From: Lytechinus pictus
Lineage: Eukaryota
Length of the DNA stretch: 64,000 bases
NCBI RefSeq assembly: GCF_037042905.1
Contig: NC_087250.1
Location: 17,920,001 to 17,984,000 of the forward strand
Direction of reading: 5' to 3'
The translations under genes and the position numbers were made by a program. Below, in pieces: positions 1-12,600 of the stretch. The notes beneath the pieces were generated by a model. The model did no database searches. It saw nothing but the letters and a program-made list of their open reading frames with translations, and was not told the DNA's origin. Every line of letters starts with the position of its first letter. Position 1 is the stretch's first letter.

Positions 1-387
1 GAACATGTCGGGTCAGCAAGCAGATATGCAGATATTGCGGATTTTTCAAGAGCCGATATTTCAATGTGTTACATTTGATTATTAAAACTAAAAATAGCGT
101 CATTGAGATAAAATGAGACATCAATCAATATGCTGTCTCCTAATTGAATTACAATTGTCGAATAATTACATGTGATTTTTCCCTTACCTTGAAATGACAT
201 TCAAGAAATAAACATGGATGAAGACACATGTTGCATTCGCTTTCGACATGTTCGAGTTTTATATTTGAGTGCACAAGTATTAATAACGAACAAAAAATAT
301 TTTGCATCTTTGCTACAAGAACCATACATATGATTTTTAAAGTACACTTCTGACTAATATTTTTGTCCCTTGACTGCTTAAGCCTAC

Positions 388-636
388 CTCTGGCTATGTG
401 TTCTGCAGCATCGATGAAATTAAAAGCTTGAACCATTTCAAGCAACCTCAGCCTTGTTCCTCCTTGTTCGGCCCATTTCTGAAGCATTTTTAGTACCACC
501 CGTCGTATCGAGGCAGGTTCAAAGGTCAAAGATGAAGCCATCACCTGAAGAATTTCAGAAGCTGGCAGATCCAACCTTTGAGAGAGGTCGATGAGGTCTG
601 GAGTAGTCCGAATTTTGGCACAGATTTCACCAATGC
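388..636 (-). CDS. Paralog A: divergent death domain 4 exon
   Basis: LIDLSQRLDLPASEI..VLKMLQKWAEQGGTRLRLLEMV; phase 1-1; conserved in copy B. Confidence 0.72.
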
Positions 637-3600
637 CTTTTTATAGGGAACATAATGACATTGTAAGTTCATAGTGAATGACGACCCCAGTTTCCATTTT
701 GCCGAAATACACAGTTTTACCATTACATTTAAGAAACAAATATATATATTGGCTAGTTTTCTATTCCATCCAACTTTCTACAAAACGTGTTAAAAGCAAT
801 ACCAAAATCGAGTTTAATAAAATTCAAGCTGTGATCATACCTGTTTGTGCGTCTTCGATGTTGTATCCTTGAAGAAGCGTAGACACCTTCTCTTCCTTTT
901 CCTGTCTTCGTAGACGTCTACACAATTGATGAAGGAGTTGCCATGCTAATCTCTCCATTAATGCAGGGTCGTGAGGAGCAATGAGAACTATGATGTCATT
1001 AACGTCCAAACGAAGAGCTTTAGCTAGTTCTAAGGCCAACGTGACATTCGCCACCGGATGAACGACTGTACACAGTTCTGAATTACTAGGTGAACCTCCA
1101 TACCCGTCGATATCGACAATAGTTTGATCTTTGTCTACAATTTAATCATATTTGGTTGAGTAAATGTTATTAGAAATTTCACTAAAGATCCGCCAGTACT
1201 ATATTGATACAACGTGGTGCAATTTTTGTCTCTTGGTTTTGGTGCTATCGAAAACGCGTCTGATACATATATACTTTTTGATTCGTTACTATGGCTTCTT
1301 TCCTCTTTTTTTCTATTAGCCTTCCCCCTCCCTCTCTCTCTCCATCCCTCTTCATCCACACCCTCGCTTATTATTCATTCCTACCTGAATCTGAGTATTC
1401 GATGATCTTCCAATCTTCATTCTCTTCATCTTCATCCTTTTCTGGTTCTTGAGGTGATGAGTCAGGATTCACGTCCGGTTCAAGAGGGGTCACATCATCA
1501 CTGTTCTCATCATCTGCATGGTATGATTTATAGCCAGAGGTCAGTATTCTAAAGTCAGGTTTAACTTAAACTCGGGTTTAAAGTTATGGTTTAAGTATGG
1601 ATAGCCAATTGTTACATGAATCACTAACAGTAGAGATATCATATACTAGCTCATTTGGCTCTTAAATCATTCATAGATGTCTAGAAGTGCAAAAATGGTA
1701 AATAGATGATTGTCTTCACCATCGATGAATCAGGAAAAAGCACAGTAAACATAAGAAACATACATTTGAATAAAAATTTTGACACTTTTGGCTTCCCATG
1801 ATTTTAGCGGGTGTGTTTGCACAGCCCTCCCCTAAAGATTAAAATTTTCATCACATGTGCAGGTAATATAATTTTTTATAACCTAAATTTTTGACGATGC
1901 CAATTTTGACAAAATTCTACTTCTTTGGTCAACCATTCCTGTCGTCGAGAACGAAATATATAACAAGTTGACAACGAAGTAAAGCCCAAACCAACCTTCA
2001 AAGCTTTTATCGGCTTGCCTTTCAATTATTATGCGTGTTTTTTTTTTTTCTTAAAAGCACCTAGCAACTTTTAAATGTATAAATTAGAATGTGATTTTTC
2101 TCATTATGCTGTAAAAAGGATCGTGCACATGAACCTTTTTATTTAAAAGTTCTAGTAGTCGATTTCAGTTCAGTAACGTACTAAAATGCGTTACTGAACT
2201 GAAATCGACTTCTAAACTAGAACTTGCCGCCACATTTATCGTTTTGTGTGTATTTCCTTTTCGTTAAATAATTTTAAATACCATTCATGTCCGTCACGTT
2301 TGAAGCCTCATTTAAAGATTCCCAGACCATCTTCAGTTTTTCATCCGGTTTATCTGATGATATTTGAGATGCTTTCCACATCGAGAGCATTTGAATGTTA
2401 GCATCCTTCCTATTGTACAGGGAACGATGCTCGATGTGCTGTAACTCTAAATCGTCAAATCCCAGTTGCTTGCCAATCTCATAGAATTTCTCTTTGTTAA
2501 TGTGACGGGAAAATTGTAATAGCGTGCAGTCAGGAATCTCTCTGTATTATTGGATTGAAATCATGAAATTCACTATCAGTAATTGTTACCATCATGACAT
2601 GCATTAACTTTATAATAAACAAAATTTTAAGAAAACTGACAAGTTTGCGTTATTTTAATTTAAAAGACAAATTAAAATTTTAACTAATTTACATTAATCT
2701 TCAGTGTTTTTAGTAAAGCAAAATAGTCACACATTCCATTTATGAAGTTGCTGTTTTTTTCATTTGTCTACACTAAAACGTACTGCATACTAAAGAAACT
2801 TACTCAGTTGGGTCAATATCTTGATGGACGTAGCCGAATCCGAGATGAGAGCAATGTTAAGAGAAGAGAAAAATAAATTTATGAAAGAAAAATTACTAAT
2901 AAACTTAATTATTAGTATGCTGCCTAGATGTTAGCAAGTATGTCGTTCCTCATGCAAACCTATACGATCTTAAGTTACAAACGAGATAAAGAATTTTGGC
3001 ATGTAATTCTACAAGAGTAACGGTAGTACCACTTGAGAAAAATTGCCAAAAACCCGTACTGTCGATTTTCCTTACAATATTTTACAAACAAAAATGCAGT
3101 TACACCATGAATCTAGAAGCATTTTTCTGAAACTAGTAAAACAAAATTATTACTTACCCCTTTACGGACGATGAAAAACTAGACTAAATCCAATAGTTTA
3201 ATCCACATGCGAAAATAAAGGATAACGCTACTCAATTTGCATGTTATTATCAACTATTTTTTGTGATAATGGGAAAATAAATTAATGCTTGCAAAATATA
3301 TGTACTGTTATTGGAAGAAATTGTCAGATATCCGTACTCTCCATTTTATAGCAATATTTCCGATTTCTTACAAACGAAGATGCAGTTACATCATGCAGCT
3401 GAAAGTAATTATTCTGAAACTAGTAACACAAATAATGTTTATCAATCTCTTTAGACACGACAGGTATTATAAAAAAAAGACTGAAACCAAAGTAAAATCA
3501 ACAAACACTAACTCCAACCTGGGAAAGTTGTATCATTTGAAGATGAGTTGAATGATTCTATAATTGTGATGAGGGTATTCTTTGCTGCTTGGGTAGATGC

Positions 3601-6600
3601 TTGTCTCCCTCTCCATGCCAGTAGCATGTCATAGGTAGCTTTCTGCCTATCTCGGAATCTCCTGTACTCTACCCGATCCAACTCGGCTATGGTGAAACCA
3701 AGAGCTATGCCCATATCATAGAACTGATTTACGTCCATTGTCTGGGCTATTGTTAGAAAGTCTACGTCCGATTGTAGGTCACTGTTCTTTACTTCTTGGA
3801 GTGTCCTAGAAGATGGATTGAAATAAAAAGGCAAGGCTGAAATATCAAAGAACTGTACAGTTGTTCAATATCAATGAATCTATATTACTACATATTAAAA
3901 CAGTTTCCCTATATATCACATAAACAATTATACATCCATGGCGTGGCAATGTAATATTAAAATCCTTCGTTGAAACGTTGCCGTTGTGAGAACTTGACTG
4001 ATAGTTCACGATCATAATTATTATTGATGTCTTCATCCGTCCTATCGAGTCAACAAGCATATTACGTGAAATGAAATAAATCTTTATATCTGTTTTCTAA
4101 ACAAACATCTGAGCTTCCTCAAAAAAGAAGAGAAAGGAAAAACATGTTATCCGATGGAAACTTACCTAGTGAAGTCTGTCTGTTCGGAGAGAAATTGGCA
4201 CAGAGGTCCATCTAACACAGAGAGAAAATGAAGAGTCATAAAACAAGCATTCCACTGTGTTTTCTGTTTACAATGATAATACTTTATTTCATAATTTAGA
4301 AATTACCTTCGGCATTAACAGATCATATAAACTATGCTTATGCTGTCTGCGATAGTGTCAATGGATGAATATGTACACCTTGTAATGATGATTGGTTTAA
4401 TACCGTTCATTTAGTTCATGGAGCTGAGTGACATGGTGGGTAATTCTTGAATCCATCGCCTTATCCAAGGCTTTGGTGATTAAAATAAGAAATATTTTAT
4501 CATTGCATTATCAAACATGAAATTCTACCTGTATATCTGATGACAAAGGCAATAGATCGTGAAATCCCAAGCTTCCCGGCCTGTGTAATTGTTATGGTAA
4601 TCACTGCAAAGTTTAGATCGCCTTCACTGGGTGGAACGTATATCGATATACATTGGCTTATCTTGGCTAGAAGGTCCCTAAGAGAAACGATCTGTTGGGA
4701 AAAATCCAGCAGCAGAATAGAAATGCATAAATCACCAAGAGGCTGTGCCGTTTCGGCAGGCTTTGATCCACCATAAAAAAAAAGGTATTATTTAAACCGG
4801 GGGGGGGGGGGGGGGTACTAGCCAGGAGGCTCCTATAGAGTAACAATCATTTACTAACGTATGCTTACTCTCCACGGAGCCAGGAATTCCATCCCATTCA
4901 TGTACGTGTACCGCCCAAAAACAGAAACTTTCGCGAGATTTTTCCCGAGATTTTGACCTTCCTTCTAAAAGAACTAGCCCTAAATTATGTAAGTGGGATA
5001 TAACTTCATTTCCGACATTCCTACGCTATCGATTTCATTTTTAAACAAGAATTCATTTTAAAAACGAGAAAAATATTATGAAAAGACGGGGGGAAACTTG
5101 ACACTGCAATCTTGTTTCTCATTGTTCTTTGCCAACGTTACGGACGCATGCGTCCGTAACGTTATTTTAATGAATTCTTGTCTAAACATGAAATGTTTTA
5201 CTCTAACTTATAGGTAAATATCATTGTACATGCCTCAATTTATTTTGTCTGTATAAGTTCATTGTAATTATTTCGCCACATTACTTTGTTCTGTTGAAAA
5301 TGAAATAAATTGAAATTGAATTGAAATCGATACCGTAGAAATCTCGGGGGCGAAAGTTTCTGGTTTTTTGGCGGTACGTGCAGATGAATGGGGAGGAATC
5401 CCTGGCTCCGTGGAAAGTAAGCATACGTTAGTAAATGATTTTTACTCTCTAGGAGCCCCCTGGCGAGGGGATACTTAGATTTGGTTAGGACGGGGGTGTG
5501 CGGCTGAAGGTTTAAAACCCATACCCATATTTACGAGTCATTTCGGCTAAAAGTGTACCCTTTATTTAAGGGATTTTAATAAAATTTGACAAGCAAAAAA
5601 TAATAAATAAAAGAAGTTATCACCCAAATTTGGAGGAGAATATGGACCCATGTTTAAGGCCAGTATCTAAAAATTGGGGCCATGTTTAGGGAATTTCCAG
5701 CATAAAACCATACCGCATGTTTAGAGATTTTTTTTTCCAAAAAAGCGACCCGTATGCCTTATTTTGTGAGTACTTTAAATCGCTTTGGGATTAGTTTCAT
5801 GCTAACAAGGAGCCTGATTGCTAAGAGCACCTTATTTGTTTTATGGTTATCGAATAAGTTCTGAAGCTTAATTACCTGGCTCTCAATTTCTCCTCCTTCA
5901 CGATGGCACGTGATTGTGACGTCACCAGCCTTTGTTTCAACATTGAAAGGGACCGAGCGATGACATCTATGGTAAGATTGTTGTCTCGACTTCTCTTGTG
6001 TTGCCTAAAAAGATGATAACGATTATATTTAATTTCAATTATTGAAAAATGAGAAAAAATATCAAAATTCATATTTTATAATTCTAACTAGAAATCTGGA
6101 GTACAGAAACTCCGAAGACTAATTTTGCCTGCCCAATTGATCTTCGGCGCGGCAGCGCTATATATTTGTCTGACGCGGCCGGAGCTCCCGACTTCCCACC
6201 GGTTGTGAATCGGACTCTCTACCAGCTTAGCCAACACAACCGTTGAAATGATTGATATTGTGTATTAATGTTATTATCAACATGCAATTACAGATGTGAA
6301 AAGTTTACTTTTCTTGATGAATGTGTAAAAAATCCTGATTTTTATTTACAACGGTGCTAATATCTTTAAGCAGAATTATCTATAATAATTTTGATGATAA
6401 GAGCAATACTGATTATGACAGTGATAATTATATTAAGATTGATAATGACAATAATAATAAAAATAATAATACTATCAATAATAGTGAAATGGTTCAGAGC
6501 GCTTCAAATCATTACGTCAACCAATAGCATTCAAGTAATTTTGTTCTACCCGCAAACATTCACCTAGCTCATCTGGCTGGAGGGTGGAAAATTTTCAATC

Positions 6601-9600
6601 AACAATTTCTCAAATGATAAAGATCTTCGGGTTTTCAGAGCTGTTTTTATTTGGCGAATGAATTATAATTCTGAACTTATATGGAGCGACGATGTTTAAT
6701 ACTGACCGCTTCGTTTCCAGGTAGGTCGTTACACAACTGAAGATTAACTGCAAGCTCTTTTCCTCTTTCGATCCTGTATGGGACGTATGGAGTACAAATA
6801 AGTTGCTGTCGGATCACCTGTTGTTCAAGAGGAATCAGAACCCACCACTCCGCACAGTGGCCAATGTACAACTCAAGATGTTTCTTGTACAGTCTGCAGT
6901 ATGGTGGTTTGTCTGGTGAGCTGGATGATTGCTTCCTTAGAGTTTTCGGTAGATCTTGTTTTACCAATGCCGAAAAGAGAAAAGATCAATGGAATGAATT
7001 TCATCACGACTTTCAGAAAGTCACAATGGTTATTAACTGTATAATTATCAGAAACGGTATTATTAGTGACATAATTAGCTGCTGAAGGAAGCTAATGTAT
7101 TGAATGAAGACATTGCGGTGTTGATTTTTTTTTTTATAACAAACATGTGTACACGTTGGTATCAATAATGCACAAAGCATTTTCATTCATCTGTGTTTTG
7201 GAAACATTTTACATACCTTTATTTGGAATATATTTTACATACATTTAATTGTTTGGTTTAAAATTGATACTTTTTGTAATTATATCCATTCTTTCTAGCA
7301 CAAAGCTCAAAGAAGGGAGGATGTTACAATATCTGCATGTTTATGAGATTTGAGGAGCATGTAATGATCCTACCAAAAGAGGGCGCTACAAACCTTTAGT
7401 ACTTATAAAATGCTTCTCTCTCGACTATACAGAAGCTGTGTTATTCTGTTTGACTCTGACTCATAATATAACTTGAAACATGATGGCAGCGGTGAAAAGT
7501 TACATATTTCCGTAGAACAGTTATTGTTCTTCTGTCTGAACTCTATTATGCATCTGCAAACTGTGTTTTGACCTGGATTTCGCCAGCTTTCTGAGAGTCA
7601 TTCCTGCATGTGTCCCACATATGTAAGTCGGTGTACTGTTTTCTACATTCAGCATAGCTGCTATTAGTATTGGTGTGAATTACCATTCTGACTTACTGTT
7701 ACTACTGTTGATTGCATGATGACTGATAATCATAGTGATGGGTCTCCTTCCGAGCTTCCACATGGAGCTACTTTTGCTAAGCCTTCCATTCAACCCCTGG
7801 GCATTTTAATGCGTCTGCTGGGCATAATGTCGCAGAGGAGTGGAAAATGTGGAGCCAGCAATGGGAAAATTACTCTATTCTTACAAATCTCTCTCAACAA
7901 CCTGATCGTTATCAGACTGCCCTTCTCCTTCACAGTGTTGGACCGGAATGTCTTCGCGTCTACAATGGCATGAAATTTGCTACTGAGGCTGATAGCATCA
8001 AATGTTCTGTGATTATATGGACAAGTTTAACACACATTTCTTTGGGGAGAGCAGGGAATTCTTTGAGAGATTTAAATTCAACCAGCGCAATCAAGAGAGT
8101 GGTGAATCCATTGAGCAGTATGTCACGGTTCTTCTTATGATGAGCAAAACGTGTGGATTCTGTGACTTTATAAAAGACAAGCTGCTTGTTGATCGTGTCC
8201 TACTCGGTGTGCGTGATGATCGAATGAGAGAACTACTCATTTCGAGATCTGACCTTGACCTCACGACTGCTATAGACGTGTGTAAAGCTGTAGAGGCTAC
8301 TTCTGTCCAAATGAAAGCTCTGAGTCAAAAGAATGAAGACATACATAAAGTTGGACAGAGACATTTCCCAAAGTCTGGAAGAAAAAGAATAGCGCATAGA
8401 AACCAAAAGGGAAAGATCTACAGAAACGTAAATCAGAGGTTAAGAAGTGCAAGTTCTGTAACAGGGTTCATGAGATGAAAAAAGAGTCCTGTCCAGCATG
8501 GGGACAAAAGTGCAAAGCTTGCAGTAAGCCTAATCACTTCAAGGGATCTTCAGTGTGCAAGACGAGGAATGTTCACCATGTCGGAGATGATGACTACTCA
8601 TCCTCAGCTGAAAGCATTAGTTTTGTGCAAATTAATGCAGTGGATATGGACAAAGAGCCAATTATCTGTAACATGCTTATCAACAATCAGAGGGTACCGT
8701 TCCAACTGGACTCAGGTGCAACAGTGAATCTTCTTCCACAAAAGTATCTAAAAGAGGAGGATGTAGTTCAGAGTGCAAACATCCGTCTATCTATGTGGAA
8801 CAAAGCTATAACTCATGCTATTGGCAAGTGTAAGGTGATAACCAGAAATCCTGCTACTGGCAAGAAATACAAAGTTGAATACATTGTAGTAAAGGAAGAT
8901 CTACCTCCACTGTTGAGCAAAACAGCAGGGGAAAAGATGCAGCTCATTACTGTTCATTATGATTCCCTTGAGCTAGTACGCAGCATAGTTCCTGAGGACA
9001 TTGCTGAGATAATTCCTGACAAGCATCCTGATGTGTTCTCGTCTTCTTCAATTGGCACTCTGCCTGGAAGTCCTGTTCATCTGACAGTTACGAATGATGC
9101 AATGCCTACTGTTTGCCCAGCTAGAATCATCCATGAATCCTTGAAAGGCAAAGTAAAGGATGCACTTGATGATCTTCAGGCAAAAGACATCATCGAAGAA
9201 GTCAGCTCTCCAACTGATTGGGTAAATCAGATGGCTGTGGTGCAGAAAAAATCTGGTAAAGTACGTGTTTGTCTAGACCCCAGACCTCTCAACATCGTGC
9301 GTAAGAGGGAGCACTATCCCTTACCTGTCTTAGATGATATTCTACCTCAGCTTTTCAGATGCTACAGTCTTTTCAATCTGTGACTTGAAAGACGGATACC
9401 TTCACTGCAAGTTAGATGAAGAGTCTAGTTTACTGACGACTTTTGCCCCACCCTTGGGAAGGTACAGATGGAAACGTCTTCCATTTGGTTTGAAAGTCAG
9501 CAGTGAAATCTTCCAAAAGAGGCTTCACCAAGCACTTGATGGTCTTTCTGGAGTCCGCTGTGTGGCCGATGACATCATCATCTGGGGCAACAGTGACGCT

Positions 9601-12600
9601 GAGCATGATGCCCGACTGCATTGTCTACTGAAGAGATGTCAAGCTGTTGGCATTGTGTTGAACAAGGAGAAATGCCAGTTCCGACTGAAAGAAATCTCAT
9701 TCCTTGGCCACATAGTATCCAACTCTGTAATCAAACCTGATCCATCAAAGATCGAAGCTATCCTGAACATGAGCGATCCTTCCTGCAAAGATGACATCCA
9801 TCGTTTGCGTGGGATGGTAAACTACCTATCCAGATACCTACCTAAGTTATCAGATGTGATGAAACCTCTCAATGACTTGACGCATAACAACTCAGCGTGG
9901 ACTTGGGACTCCAACCACGACAAAGCTTTCAAGCTGTTGAAAGAGATGCTAGTGCAAGCACCTGTGTTGGCCTTCTACGATCATAGCAAACTGCTAGAAA
10001 TTCAGACTGATGCCAGCTCCACAGGCGTGGGTGCGGTTATGCTACAAGATGGTAGACCGATAGCCTATGCTAGCAGAATGCTGAGTGATGCTGAATCCAG
10101 ACACTCTGTCACTGAGAAAGAAATGCTTGGTATAGTATTTGCACTGGAGAAATGGAATCAATACACCTATGGCCGTGAAATAAATGTGTTCACTGACCAC
10201 AAACCTCTTGAAACCATCTGCAAGAAACACCTGGATAGAGCTCCAAAGCGTCTGCAAGGGTTACTGCTACGAGCTCTTGCATATGACATACAAGTGAGAT
10301 ATCTCAAGGGCAAGGAAAACGTTCTGGCTGATGTTCTTAGCCGTGCTTCTCTTCCCTATGAGAGTGGACAACATGATCTAGAAGTGGTGAATGATGTTAA
10401 CCACTTGGCACTCCCTGATGACAAGATAGCAGAGATAAAAAGACAGACTGCCAATGACCCTACTCTCTGCCAACTCAAAGACACCATTCTTGAAGGGTAA
10501 CCAGACCACAAGTCACAACTTCCTCAGTCACTCACCCCGTACTTTGGTTTCAGAGATGACCTTTCTGTCAGTGATGATCTAATCTTCAAGGGTGAACGGC
10601 TTGTAGTCCCAAAACAAGTCAGGCACAAAATGAAAGAGGAGTTACATCGTGGTCTCAATGGTGTCGAGTCAACTTTGAGGAGAGCTCGTGATCATCTCTA
10701 CTGGCCGGGCATGAGTAACGAAATCAAGGAATTTATTCAAACATGTGCCACATGCCGAGAAAACTCTATCTCACAGCCTGCCCAGCCTCTGATGTCGCAC
10801 CAGATTATTGACAGACCATGGGCCAAGAGAGGACTTGATATTTTCCATCATAGTAATGACACATATCTTATCATGGTCTGTTATTACTTAAACTTCTTTG
10901 AGATGGAAAAACTACAGAGGACAACTGCCCCTGCAGTCATCAAGAAACTGAAACACCAGTTTGGGAGATATGGAGTACCTGAAATCATCGTATCTGACAA
11001 TGGTCCTCCTTTCTCCTCTAACGAATTTGCTGAATTTGCCAAAAAGCTTGGAGTTAAGCATAATACCATCTCTCCATACAACAGCAAAGCTAATGGCAAA
11101 GCAGAGTCTGCTGTCAAGACTGCAAAAAGAGTACTTACAAGATGCAATGATACTGGAGATGATGTTGATCTAGCCTTAATACTCAACATTCGCAACACCC
11201 CTACACAAGGTATCCAGAGTAGTCCAGTCCAGAGATTCATGGGTCGTCGGACTCGTACTCTCCTCCCCACTTCGACTCGGTTGCTTGCACCTGATCGCAA
11301 CCCACAGGCTGATCTTGAGAGACTGAAAGAAAGCCAGAAACGTCAAGCAAAGTATTTCAACAGAGATACAAGAAAGTTGAAAGATCTCTCACCAGGAGCA
11401 ATAGGAGGAGTCAAGCCATTCAACAATGACAAGAAGTGGAAGAAAGCAGTTATCCTTAAGAAACTGGATGACCGTTCCTATGAAGTTCGCTGTGAGGGCC
11501 AGGTTCTCAGAAGGAACAGAGAACACCTCAGAGCCACATCTGAACCACAAGATGTACATGACACTGGTCCTGCTCTTTACAACTGGAGACGTTCTGATGG
11601 TAATCCTCAACCTGATGTACCAACTACTGAGCGCCATACTTCCCATACCAGGACCCAGATATCACAGACCGCGGATATCAACAGTCCGGAGAAGTCGCGT
11701 GATGCAAACTTGAATACCTCAGAAATGGAACCAACCAACCCAGCTTCCCTGAGACGATCTAGACGTCAGCGACGCGAACCGCTTAAGATGAGGGATTTTG
11801 TTACGTTTTGAACATTTAAACCGAAGAAGGAAAGAAAGTGAATGCTGAAATAAACAAACTGAACGCTAACATTTCTTAAACATTTTTTTTTTGCTTTAAC
11901 TCAAGCAAATTTTGAAGTCAGAACTGAACCAACAACCAACTCATCTATCAAATCGTTTATTTGGACTTATTTTTATGTTGTGAAATCAACCTGGACAATT
12001 TAACCTGGACTTTAAAATCATTTTGTTTGCAACCGGAAGAACTGTTTTGAACTCAATTATTATTTTTTTTGCAAGTATTATAATTGTGCAACTACAAAAA
12101 ATGTGAAAGTCTCATAAACTGGTATTTTGGACATATATTTTGGAAACATTTTACATACATTTAATTGTTTGGTTTAAAATTGATACTTTTTGTAATTATA
12201 TACATTTTTTCTAGCACAAAGCTCAAAGAAGGGAGGATGTTACAATATCTGCATGTTTATGAGATTTGAGGAGCATGTAATGATCTTGCCAAAAGAGGGC
12301 GCTACAAACCTTTAGTACTTATTAAATGCTTCTCTCTCGACTATACAGAAGCTGTGTTATTCTGTTTGACTCTGACTCATAATATAACTTGAAACAATTT
12401 GATGCAAGATAAAAGAGAAATGCATAGAAATACGCCTCGGTCAATGAAGGGCCGTGCCGGGAATCGAACCCCGAACTTTCAATGTGTAGTCGGGCGGCTT
12501 AGACCACTCGGCCACGACACCACGCCGTTAATAGTGAGAATGATTACGATCGATGCGACTTGTAATAACTTATTGTAATGATGATCTTAAAAATGTCAAA

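Larger units (their letters stand above)
1..7144 (+). repeat. Segmental duplication, homologous to 56825..63780
   Basis: Colinear similarity in exons and introns from gaacat(g/t)tcgggtcagcaagc to ttttataacaaac, interrupted by copy-specific insertions. Confidence 0.95.
7322..12396 (+). mobile_element. Ty3/gypsy LTR retrotransposon (Mag/SURL-like), decayed, antisense in an intron
   Basis: 159-bp LTRs TGTT..AACA; PBS; PPT; gag with Cys/His knuckles; protease LDSGAT; RT (VADD); RNase H (TDAS); integrase after RNase H. Several frameshifts and a stop at 10498-10500. Confidence 0.95.

Noticed and set aside
6671..6682. AT-AC (U12) donor at ATAAGT in both copies
   Set aside because: It lacks ATATCCTT, and a canonical GTCAGT donor at 6706 gives the correct phase.
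700..6975. Non-canonical CG/CGG acceptors after pyrimidine tracts upstream of the AAG sites
   Set aside because: They do not give a consistent frame across sites or copies.
7481..10500. APOBEC-type G>A hypermutation of the gypsy element (TGG>TGA in PBS, TGG>TAA stop)
   Set aside because: Most other TGG codons are intact; two events are insufficient without a consensus.
12451..12521. Functional tRNA gene
   Set aside because: A/B boxes are present but stems are imperfect and no clear T-run terminator follows; better explained as a SINE head.
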